DNA from: Bacteriovoracaceae bacterium
GTDB taxonomy: Bacteria > Bdellovibrionota > UBA1018
Direction: 5' to 3'
Length of the DNA stretch: 32,157 nt
NCBI GenBank assembly: GCA_947446835.1
Contig: CANFHS010000001.1
Coordinates: 1 to 32,157, forward strand
Shown in pieces: positions 1-8,985 of this stretch. The notes under the pieces were generated by a model. The model had not been told where the DNA came from. It searched no databases and saw nothing but the letters and a program-made list of their open reading frames with translations. The stretch's first letter is position 1. Every line of letters begins with the position of its first letter. The position numbers and the translations under genes are program-made.

Positions 1-19
1 CCCTTGGATCGCGGGCGGG

Positions 20-631
20 ATGTACCACGCGGGATTCCTGGAAGAGGAGTTTGTTCCGGAGGTGCGGCCCGCGCCCGAGCTGCTCCATTGGATGGTGGCG
101 GCCGCCGCGCGCGCGCATGCCTCGCGCTTTCCCGCACTCGTCACCGAGCCTGGGGTCCGGTGGGCGGTGGGCGACCAGTGGGTCAAGGCGGATCCGGAGT
201 TCCAGGAATCCTGGGTCCAGGAGCCCAGCTTTTTCGAGGAAAATGGCCTGGCCGGTCTGAGCGGAGTCGCCGGTTTCTCGGATGGCCGCAAGCTCAAGAC
301 CCTGGCCTTCCCGCTCCAGCCCGACAAGTGGCTGGTGCGCGTGGGCGGCTGGGTCCTGTCCGTGCGCCGCAGTTCCGCGGCGGCCCGGGCCCAGGGGCCG
401 ACGCGCTCGCGGTCCCTGCTCGCACTCGTCTCGGGCCGGGTCCATTCGCTGCTTTACCGCGAGCAGACGCCCGTGCCGGCCCATGAGCCCCTGCTGGTGC
501 TCGAGTCGCTGTCCCTCCTCGTACCTCATGCGCTTCCGGTGGACACGCAAGTGGTGCACTGGAAAGTCGAAGCCGAAGAGGAGGTTCGGGCGGGCCAGGT
601 GCTGGCCGTCTTCGAAACCTTGAAAAGCTGA
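20..631 (+). CDS. Hypothetical protein, possibly the 3' part of a longer acyl-CoA/biotin carboxylase alpha-like gene. The C-terminal 41 aa form a BCCP-like (biotinyl/lipoyl hybrid barrel) domain that lacks the modifiable lysine.
   Basis: High third-position GC in this frame. The frame stays open back to nt 2, so the gene may begin upstream of the window. The C-terminus LVLESLSLLVPHALPVDTQVVHWKVEAEEEVRAGQVLAVFE aligns without gaps to E. coli BCCP [41 protein letters not shown], with AMKM replaced by SLSL. Confidence 0.5.
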   Translation: MYHAGFLEEEFVPEVRPAPELLHWMVAAAARAHASRFPALVTEPGVRWAVGDQWVKADPEFQESWVQEPSFFEENGLAGLSGVAGFSDGRKLKTLAFPLQPDKWLVRVGGWVLSVRRSSAAARAQGPTRSRSLLALVSGRVHSLLYREQTPVPAHEPLLVLESLSLLVPHALPVDTQVVHWKVEAEEEVRAGQVLAVFETLKS

Positions 632-648
632 AGGGCTTCGGGCACCCT

Positions 649-960
649 TTGGCCATGCCGAGCTATTCCAAGAAGATCGCGGTCCCGGGCAAGTCCGCCC
701 AGGAGCTCTACGACGTGGTTGCGCGGGACATCGACCGGTTCATGACCAAGGCGTCGATCGGGAAGTTCGAGATCGAGCGCGATGCCGCCGCCCGGCAGGT
801 CAAGGTCAAGTCGTCCATGCTGACGGCGACCCTGTTCTGCGAAGAAAACCAGCTTCGCCTGGAGGGTCAGCTGAGCCTGCTGGCCGCGCCCTTCAAGTCC
901 AAGATCGACGAGGGCATTGCCTGGTGGCTGGGCAAGGCTTTTCCGGAACTGAAGGCCTGA
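649..960 (+). CDS. Polyhydroxyalkanoic acid system (PHA granule-region) family small protein
   Basis: 103 aa. The pattern ...LEGQLSLLAAPFKSKIDEGIAWWLGKAF resembles the conserved C-terminus of the PHA_gran_rgn family as recalled from memory. It starts 18 nt after the upstream stop. Confidence 0.55.
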   Translation: MAMPSYSKKIAVPGKSAQELYDVVARDIDRFMTKASIGKFEIERDAAARQVKVKSSMLTATLFCEENQLRLEGQLSLLAAPFKSKIDEGIAWWLGKAFPELKA

Positions 961-964
961 GCGC

Positions 965-2617
<1,653 letters not shown>

Positions 2618-2653
2618 ATCTGGGTTACCCTCCTGTTTCAAGGGAGCCTGCCC

Positions 2654-3100
2654 ATGTCGACTCAAAGAGATACCGTCCGGCTGTTGTGCAAAAGCATCGT
2701 CACCCGGTTGGAAAACCAGAAGGCGATCGCGTTTCCGCCCCGGCTCCGGCAGATTGTCGCCGACGAAGTCTTCGGCCTGGTGGGTCCTTACATCCTGACG
2801 GACGAGGACATCCGGGACCGCGCCCTGGCCAAGATGAACCTGCGGGCCGAGATGCTGCAGGAGCCCCAGTTCGCTGACAGCGACGCCTTCAAGACCGCCA
2901 AGTCGGTGGTTCGCGCCACGCTGGGCGATGATGAGCTGAACGGCTTCTACTTCCAGCGGCCGCTGAAGAACGTGGCCGAAACCATCGCCCACTACCTCAT
3001 GCGCTCCTCGCACATCGACGATGTGTACGAGTCCGACGAAGACATCGAGAAGCAGATCGTGGACACCGTTCGGCACTTCAAGGCCGCCAACGCCCATTGA
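2654..3100 (+). CDS. DUF507 family protein
   Basis: 148 aa. The acidic C-terminal half and the motifs GFYFQRP...IAHYLM...IDDVYESDEDIEKQIV match my recollection of DUF507. AGGGAG ribosome-binding site about 8 nt upstream of the ATG. Confidence 0.7.
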   Translation: MSTQRDTVRLLCKSIVTRLENQKAIAFPPRLRQIVADEVFGLVGPYILTDEDIRDRALAKMNLRAEMLQEPQFADSDAFKTAKSVVRATLGDDELNGFYFQRPLKNVAETIAHYLMRSSHIDDVYESDEDIEKQIVDTVRHFKAANAH

Positions 3101-3131
3101 TTGGGCGCTCGCCTGAGCTGATTCCATACGA

Positions 3132-3174
3132 GAAGGCCCGCTCTCCGGCTTCGGAGAGCGGGCCTTCGTGTTTT
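3132..3174 (+). terminator. Rho-independent terminator between the convergent DUF507 and M4 protease genes (possibly bidirectional)
   Basis: Perfect 16-bp stem GAAGGCCCGCTCTCCG / CGGAGAGCGGGCCTTC with a GCTT loop, followed by GTGTTTT on the + strand. The minus-strand side has a weaker T tract. Confidence 0.8.
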
Positions 3175-3189
3175 GGGTCCCGGTTCCGG

Positions 3190-4809
3190 TCAGAGTCCGA
3201 CGGCTGACCAGGCTCCTTCCACCTTCTTGCAGGTGGCTGCGGCGAAGAGCTGGGCGCAGGCCTTCAAGGTGGCGTCGCGGGCGTCCTTGAAGTTCGCTGC
3301 CGGCGTCAGGTACTGGGTCAGGGTCAGGTAGGTCAGCTTTTCTGAATTCTCCGCCCCGATGGCCACCGCGGTCAGGTAAGAAGCGTGGCTCGGAATGGTC
3401 GAGTTCAGATGGACCCAGCAGCGGTCGTTGCTTGAGTCGCAGGGTTCCTGGATCGGGAACTCCTCGGACATCTTGGACGGGTAAGGCTTCTTGGTGACTT
3501 TGTCTTTGCCACCGCTGACTCGGGCCAGGATGGAGCCCGGGTCCTTCAGGTTGCGGATGCCCTGGGCGTTGGGATCCTTGAAGATCTTCTTGCCCATGAC
3601 CCAATCGCCATCGTTCGAGATCATCTTTCCGAAGAAGTCCGAGTAGGCCTCGTTGAGAGCGCCCGACTCGCCCATCATCATCAGCTTGGCGGTCACGGAG
3701 GTCACGCCGTGGGTCATTTCGTGTCCGGCCACGTCGGCGGCGCGGGTAAACGAGGCGAAGTGTACGCCGTCGCCGTCACCGTAGCCCATGATCTGGTCTT
3801 CGGTGTCCCAGAAGGCGTTGGCGAATTCCTTGCCGACATGGACCACGTTCACCAGCCGCGTTCCCTTGTTGTCGAACGAGTTGCGGCCATGAATCTGGGC
3901 GTAATACGTGGCGACGCTCTGGGCGTTCTTGAACGCCTGGGTCCCGGCTTCGTCAGCCGCGGCCTTGAGCTGGCTGCTCTTGGCCATGGCCGTGCACAAG
4001 GAAGGCTGAATGCTGGAAGGGAATCCCTCCTCGTCCAGGCTCTGGCACTTGGCGTTGGCACCATAAACGTCGATCAGGGGAACGGCCAGCTTCGGGCTGA
4101 CCGGTTTGCGCTTGGCTCTTCCCGTCGGGGGAGTCGGGTCCATTTCGGGCTCGATTTCCCAGTGATGCGACAGCTCGGCGATGGTTTCGCCGGTGTTTGC
4201 CGCGACCAGCAAGTCAGCGCCCGGGGCCGTGGCGGTCGACTTCAGGCTGATCTGATAAATGAGCTCAGCCGAACCATCGTGTCTGGGCAGGATTTTCAGC
4301 TCCGGAACCGATTGCAGCTCGCGGTCGCCGATCCGCGCGCGCACCAGCGACAAGGCTTCTGAAGGGTCCAGGCGCGGAGTCACGTCCAGGTCGAACCGCG
4401 AAAGGGCGTCCGTGATCTGGACGCCTTCCGGACCTTCGTGGTGAAGGGCCATCGAGCCCAGGACTTCGAGCCCATGGTAGGTGTCCTGGTACTTCACCGT
4501 GCGGACTCCCGAGCCGTCCTGGGACTGCGTCGGCGAGAGCTGGTGCCGCACGTCCTGGAGGAATGCGTGAATTTCCGGATCCGCCTCCAGGTTCTGGCGG
4601 GACTGGGCGAGGGTCTCTGCCGGGTTGCTGGACAGGATCTTCGGGAATGGACCGAAGACAAAAGGATAGCTGAAGCCCGGTGCGGGCGCCGCCGAGGCGC
4701 TGGAAGCCAGAGCCGAAGAAAGGACGGACAGCGTCATCCACGGACCCAAAGTCTTCGTGGAAAGAATAGACGAAGGCCTCAGCACCGAGAGTGCAGAGCG
4801 AAAGATCAT
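3190..4809 (-). CDS. Secreted M4 (thermolysin-like) zinc metalloprotease with an N-terminal signal peptide and an FTP/PepSY-type propeptide
   Basis: HEXXH motif VAGHEMTHGVT. Third zinc-ligand motif GALNEAYSDFFG. Hydrophobic N-terminus ...LSVLSSALASSASAAP. G-rich ribosome-binding site (GGGGGGA) upstream of the ATG. Confidence 0.9.
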   Translation of the reverse strand: MIFRSALSVLRPSSILSTKTLGPWMTLSVLSSALASSASAAPAPGFSYPFVFGPFPKILSSNPAETLAQSRQNLEADPEIHAFLQDVRHQLSPTQSQDGSGVRTVKYQDTYHGLEVLGSMALHHEGPEGVQITDALSRFDLDVTPRLDPSEALSLVRARIGDRELQSVPELKILPRHDGSAELIYQISLKSTATAPGADLLVAANTGETIAELSHHWEIEPEMDPTPPTGRAKRKPVSPKLAVPLIDVYGANAKCQSLDEEGFPSSIQPSLCTAMAKSSQLKAAADEAGTQAFKNAQSVATYYAQIHGRNSFDNKGTRLVNVVHVGKEFANAFWDTEDQIMGYGDGDGVHFASFTRAADVAGHEMTHGVTSVTAKLMMMGESGALNEAYSDFFGKMISNDGDWVMGKKIFKDPNAQGIRNLKDPGSILARVSGGKDKVTKKPYPSKMSEEFPIQEPCDSSNDRCWVHLNSTIPSHASYLTAVAIGAENSEKLTYLTLTQYLTPAANFKDARDATLKACAQLFAAATCKKVEGAWSAVGL

Positions 4810-5126
4810 TTTGTTTTCCCCCCAGAGAACAAAGTCGCGCCCCCTAAGACGCGATTGGCTTGGCGATAAGCAAGCGGCGGGCCAATTCGCGGTGCGCGTT
4901 AACGACCTGAAATCACAGCGTTAATTTTTTGACGAAAAAGACCTTGGACGCGGCTTGGTAGAAAGTGACCCGCTTTGACGCCACGAGTCCTGAAAAAAGT
5001 CCAGTGTCCAAGCTCTGAGCACTGTTTAGAAGGTCAACGGGCTCGGGTGAGGCGTTCTTTGGAATTGCCTCCAAGTATCTGAATTATAAGTCTTTTTTTT
5101 ATAAAAAACTTAACAATCCAGGTACC

Positions 5127-5146
5127 TTACTTGCAAAGTCAAGTAA
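5127..5146. promoter_or_regulatory. 20-bp inverted repeat TTACTTG-CAAAGT-CAAGTAA, 7-26 nt upstream of the 5153 start codon. Candidate operator or 5'-UTR hairpin.
   Basis: Perfect 7-nt arms with a 6-nt spacer, read directly. A near-identical element lies at 23355-23374 upstream of deoC. Confidence 0.35.
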
Positions 5147-5152
5147 TAGCTG

Positions 5153-6025
5153 ATGTCGCGTCGCTATTTCTTTTTCGTGATTTTTGCCCTCCTGACCTCC
5201 AGCCTTTCCTGGTGGGAGGGAGCCTTGAAAGGCCTCCGGAACGGGTCGGGGGATGGGCTTGCCGTTCAGCGGCGCGAGATCGTGGAATTCCTGGATCGCG
5301 TGGTCGCGTGGGAAAACTCCTACCGCTCCGTATCCGGTAAATTTTCTGCCAGCTGGGAAGAAAGCGGCGTCATCTTGCCTCGAACTTTACGGGAGGCCTA
5401 CCAGCTCGACGTTTTGGCTGCCTCGGCCACCGAATTCAAGCTGGCTGCCATAGCCCGGAATCCAAGGCCCGAGCCCGGAGATCGGATCGAGGTGGATCAG
5501 GCCTATCGGGTCAATGCCACGTTTGCCATTCCTGCGCCGCGTCCCGAATACCTGCGTTCCGCCATGTCCAGGCATCTGGCCGTGGTCCGCGCCGCCGCAC
5601 CGGGACCTCTGCCCGAGCCCGTCGGCATCTATCGGGATTACTTCCGGGTCGATGCCCGGTCCGTCCCGGGCTCTGCTCGGAAAGCGGCTCTCGCCATCGG
5701 GGTTCGCCCCCCGGTCCTGGGCCTGCAGGTCGAACTCGCCGGCGAAACCGGACAACGCGCAGCGCTTGACGCAGGCGACCAGGGTGGGGCGCTGGTCTCC
5801 GGACCACGCCGGGGCGCGGCACCGGAAGCCCTTCTGGGAGACCTGGCCCGGATCGCCGAGGTCCGCTGGGCCGAGGACTTGAGCCGTGGCGGAGTCCCGG
5901 AATCCCGGGGGAACCGCTCACCGGCGCAACTCCCGACCGAAAAGCCCGGAAGTAGCCCGTCGGAAGCCGAGCCTGTGTCCGACAGTCTCATTGTCGAGCC
6001 CATTTCCGCGGGCGAAAAAAACTAG
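5153..6025 (+). CDS. Hypothetical membrane-anchored or secreted protein (orphan)
   Basis: N-terminal hydrophobic segment RRYFFFVIFALLTSSLSWW. No motif I recognise. The C-terminal third is Ala/Pro/Gly/Arg-rich. Coding is supported mainly by ORF length and position between two flanking non-coding regions. Confidence 0.5.
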   Translation: MSRRYFFFVIFALLTSSLSWWEGALKGLRNGSGDGLAVQRREIVEFLDRVVAWENSYRSVSGKFSASWEESGVILPRTLREAYQLDVLAASATEFKLAAIARNPRPEPGDRIEVDQAYRVNATFAIPAPRPEYLRSAMSRHLAVVRAAAPGPLPEPVGIYRDYFRVDARSVPGSARKAALAIGVRPPVLGLQVELAGETGQRAALDAGDQGGALVSGPRRGAAPEALLGDLARIAEVRWAEDLSRGGVPESRGNRSPAQLPTEKPGSSPSEAEPVSDSLIVEPISAGEKN

Positions 6026-6030
6026 ATCTT

Positions 6031-6060
6031 TTGACAAGCTTCACGCGCCGCCGGTAACAT
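6031..6060 (+). promoter_or_regulatory. Candidate sigma70-type promoter for the lytic transglycosylase gene
   Basis: TTGACA (6031-6036), an 18-nt spacer, then TAACAT (6055-6060), 30 nt upstream of the ATG at 6090. Pattern match only. Confidence 0.3.
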
Positions 6061-6089
6061 TTCGGCTAGTTCGCTGATGAACTACCTGC

Positions 6090-7745
6090 ATGTTTTCCTG
6101 CGGGTTTTCGGGCTTGTGCCCCGGGGGTTTCGTGAAAGTATTTTTTTCCCTGACTTCAAGGACGAAGTCCCGTTTGGCACTTTCCGGGATCCTCGCCACG
6201 GCCCTTTGGACCTCCGGCTGCGCGACCACTCCGCGCGTCGATTCGCCCGAGCGTGAGGGAGTTCCGCAGGCATCCGTGCGTCCCGTCGAAGCGCGTCCCG
6301 TCGAGTCGGTGAGTCTGCCGGCCCCCGTCAAAACGGAACGCACCCCCATCGTGGTCCGTGGAGTGAAGCTCGAAAACACCCAATTCGACTTTCCGGTCAC
6401 CATCAACTCGCAGGTCGAGAAGTGGGTCGATTACTTTCTGGGGCGCGGTCGCCCGCACTTCGAGCGCTACCTGGAGCGCTCCGAGCTTTTCATCCCGTTC
6501 ATCAAGCCCTTGCTGAAGCAGAATGGACTGCCCGAGGATCTGGTCTACTTGGCCATGATCGAGAGCGGTTTCAATAACCAGGCCCGCTCGCGGGCCAAGG
6601 CCGTGGGCCCCTGGCAGTTCATTTCGGCCACCGGCAAGCGGTATGGCCTGATGGTCAACTGGTGGGTGGACGAACGTCGCGACACGCGCAAATCCACCCT
6701 GGCCGCGGTCGAATACCTGCGCGACCTTCACGGCATGTTCCAGAGCTGGGAGCTGGCCGCCGCCGCCTACAACGCCGGCGAAGCCAAGATCGCGCGGGCC
6801 ATCCAGCGGTACGGCAGCAAGGACTTCTGGGTGCTGTCGCGCCAGCGGTACCTGCGTTCCGAGACCCGCGATTATGTGCCCAAGATCATCGCCGCCGCCC
6901 TGGTGGCCAAGAACCGGGTGCAGTTCGGCTTCGGCGCCACCAGCATTGCCCCGGGCCGCGGCGAGGCCGTGGCGGGAGACGGTGAGGTCGTCAAGATCCT
7001 CAAGCCGGCCGAGGCGCCCCAGTCGCCGGCCCGCGGTGGCGAGTCGGAGACCCTGGCCTCGATCCTGAAGGAAGAGGACGACCGCCTGGCCGATGGCGCC
7101 AATGAAGACGAGTTTGTGGCAGTGGCGGCGCCAACCCCGGCTCCGGAATCGAACCAGCCCCTGGCGCGGCCGGTGCCGACTCCCCACGTGAACAAGAAGG
7201 GCGAGCTTTCGGGCGAAGAACTGGTCGAAATGGAAGTCCAGAGCCCGGCCGACCTGCTGAAGGTGGCTCAGGCCGCCGACCTGTCCTACCAGACGGTCAA
7301 GGCCCTGAACCCGGACATCCTGCGCTGGTGCACGCCTCCGAACGTGAATTCCTACCGGGTCAAGCTTCCTGCCGAAGCCAAGGACCGGTTCCTCCAGGCC
7401 TACAATCAGCAGGACTTTCCGCGGAAAGTGCAGTTCCTGGCTTACAAGGTGCGCCGGGGCGAGAGCCTGAGCCGGATCGCCCGCCAGTTCGGAATCAAGG
7501 TCGACCCGATGAGCGACCTCAACGGCGTGTCGCCCAAGATGCCGCTCCGGGACGGAACCCGGGTGCTGCTGCCGATCCCGAGTGACCGGTCGCGGGCCCT
7601 GGCATCCCTGGATGTGCGGGACACTCCCGACCGCCGCCGGTCGCGGACGCGGGTCAAGCGGGCCAAGGTCGAGCACAAGGTTTCCTCGCGCAAACGCCGC
7701 TCGGCCCGTTCCGAATCCGCCGGAATCGCCGAAAACGAAGGCTGA
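6090..7745 (+). CDS. mltD: Membrane-bound lytic murein transglycosylase D-like lipoprotein (SLT domain plus LysM)
   Basis: Lipobox ...LATALWTSGC. SLT catalytic motif YLAMIESGFNNQARSRAKAVGPWQF...AAAYNAG. C-terminal LysM YKVRRGESLSRIARQFGIKVDPMSDLNGV. The true start may be an internal GTG near 6132. Confidence 0.88.
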   Translation: MFSCGFSGLCPGGFVKVFFSLTSRTKSRLALSGILATALWTSGCATTPRVDSPEREGVPQASVRPVEARPVESVSLPAPVKTERTPIVVRGVKLENTQFDFPVTINSQVEKWVDYFLGRGRPHFERYLERSELFIPFIKPLLKQNGLPEDLVYLAMIESGFNNQARSRAKAVGPWQFISATGKRYGLMVNWWVDERRDTRKSTLAAVEYLRDLHGMFQSWELAAAAYNAGEAKIARAIQRYGSKDFWVLSRQRYLRSETRDYVPKIIAAALVAKNRVQFGFGATSIAPGRGEAVAGDGEVVKILKPAEAPQSPARGGESETLASILKEEDDRLADGANEDEFVAVAAPTPAPESNQPLARPVPTPHVNKKGELSGEELVEMEVQSPADLLKVAQAADLSYQTVKALNPDILRWCTPPNVNSYRVKLPAEAKDRFLQAYNQQDFPRKVQFLAYKVRRGESLSRIARQFGIKVDPMSDLNGVSPKMPLRDGTRVLLPIPSDRSRALASLDVRDTPDRRRSRTRVKRAKVEHKVSSRKRRSARSESAGIAENEG

Positions 7746-7791
7746 TCGCGCCCCCTTGCCGGGAGCGTGGAGCCGCCGTACAACGGGGCCT

Positions 7792-8985
7792 ATGGCCCTG
7801 ATTGTCCAGAAGTATGGCGGCACCTCGGTGGGGACTCCGGAACGGATCCGCGCCGTGGCCGCCCGGATCGCGCGCACGCGCGCCGAGGGGCACAGGCTTG
7901 CCGTGGTGGTCTCCGCCATGGGGCATACCACCGACGAGCTGATCGAGCTGGCCGAGCAGGTGTCCAAACGCCCGCCTCACCGGGAGATGGACATGCTGCT
8001 CACCGCGGGCGAGCGCATCTCCATGGCCCTGCTCAGCATGGCGCTGGCGGACCTCGGTGTGGACGCGGTCTCGTTCACCGGTTCACAGTCAGGCATCATC
8101 ACGGACCAGAGCCATCGCCGGGCCCGGATCCTCGAGATCCTCCCGCAGCGGCTGCGCCAGGCCCTGGACGAGGACCGGGTGGTCATCGTGGCGGGTTTCC
8201 AGGGCGTCAGCCGCGCCAAGGAGGTCACGACGCTGGGGCGGGGTGGCTCCGACACGACGGCCGTGGCCTTGGCCGCGGCGCTCGAGGCCGAGTGCTGCGA
8301 AATCTATACGGACGTGGATGGCATCTATTCGGCCGATCCGCGGGTCGTACCCGAAGCCCGGCTTCATCCCCGGGTACGGCTCGACCTGATGAGCGAACTG
8401 GCCAGCCTCGGTGCGGGTGTGCTTCATCCCCGGAGTGTCCAGCTGGCTCGGCAAGCCGGGGTCCGTCTCCGGGTCAAGAGCAGCCTCAACGAAACGCAAG
8501 GAACGGAACTCATGGTCCAAGGTCTGGAAGAGATGCAGGTGGCGGGCGTCGTGGCAGATCGCTCCAAGGCGCTGGTGACGATCGAAATGATGCGGCATTC
8601 GGTGGCGAATGCCATCTGGGATCTGGCGGCCAACGCCCACCTGTCGATCACTGCTCCCTTCTTCTCGGAAGGAACGATCCGCTTCTTCGCCGAAAAGGAA
8701 TCGGCCAGCGAGTGGAAAAACGCGCTCAATCGGCTGGTGACCGAAGGATTTGTTAAGCAGTTCCAGTTTGATGAATTTTATGTTCCTCTTTCGGTCGTGG
8801 GCGATCGCTTCGCGCAGGATGGCTCGGCATTGAGCCAGGTTTTTGATCAACTGGCCCGCCAGGGTGTGAACGCCACGCTGGGCTGCGCGTCGACCTTGTC
8901 GATGACCGTGGCCGTGCCGGCCACCCATGCCGACGACGCGGTGAGAGCCCTCCATCAGCACTTTCTGGGAGAAAAGACGGGATGA
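7792..8985 (+). CDS. lysC: Aspartate kinase
   Basis: MALIVQKYGGTSVGTPERI..., VVVSAMGHTTDELI and GRGGSDTTAVALAAAL are classic aspartokinase motifs, with an ACT-type C-terminal half. The track ORF starts at 7582, but those 70 residues are an Arg/Pro-rich read-through overlapping mltD. Confidence 0.93.
   Translation: MALIVQKYGGTSVGTPERIRAVAARIARTRAEGHRLAVVVSAMGHTTDELIELAEQVSKRPPHREMDMLLTAGERISMALLSMALADLGVDAVSFTGSQSGIITDQSHRRARILEILPQRLRQALDEDRVVIVAGFQGVSRAKEVTTLGRGGSDTTAVALAAALEAECCEIYTDVDGIYSADPRVVPEARLHPRVRLDLMSELASLGAGVLHPRSVQLARQAGVRLRVKSSLNETQGTELMVQGLEEMQVAGVVADRSKALVTIEMMRHSVANAIWDLAANAHLSITAPFFSEGTIRFFAEKESASEWKNALNRLVTEGFVKQFQFDEFYVPLSVVGDRFAQDGSALSQVFDQLARQGVNATLGCASTLSMTVAVPATHADDAVRALHQHFLGEKTG

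Noticed and set aside
4899-4930. Weak hairpin TTAACG-N14-CGTTAA followed by TTTTTT on the + strand, with no upstream + strand gene (possible orphan terminator of a small RNA)
   Set aside because: It has only a 6-bp AT-rich stem and a 14-nt loop, and it lies in what must be the promoter/5' region of the M4 protease gene. The evidence is insufficient without transcript data.
7582-7791. N-terminal extensions suggested by the ORF track: lysC from 7582, comF from 11280, rplU from 17391, deoB from 22674, prmA from 26722, SDR from 29037, rfbF from 29825, gpmI from 13490
   Set aside because: The extra residues overlap the preceding gene or are Arg/Pro-rich and not family-like. Internal Met codons coincide with the conserved family N-termini and give tidy gaps or 4-nt overlaps with the upstream genes.
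7746-7791. Possible lysine riboswitch or attenuator upstream of lysC
   Set aside because: The spacer is only 46 nt, far too short for an L-box (about 180 nt).
6156-7967. 603-aa minus-strand ORF antisense to mltD and the start of lysC
   Set aside because: It is a GC-driven open frame. The + strand carries clear SLT, LysM and aspartokinase motifs.
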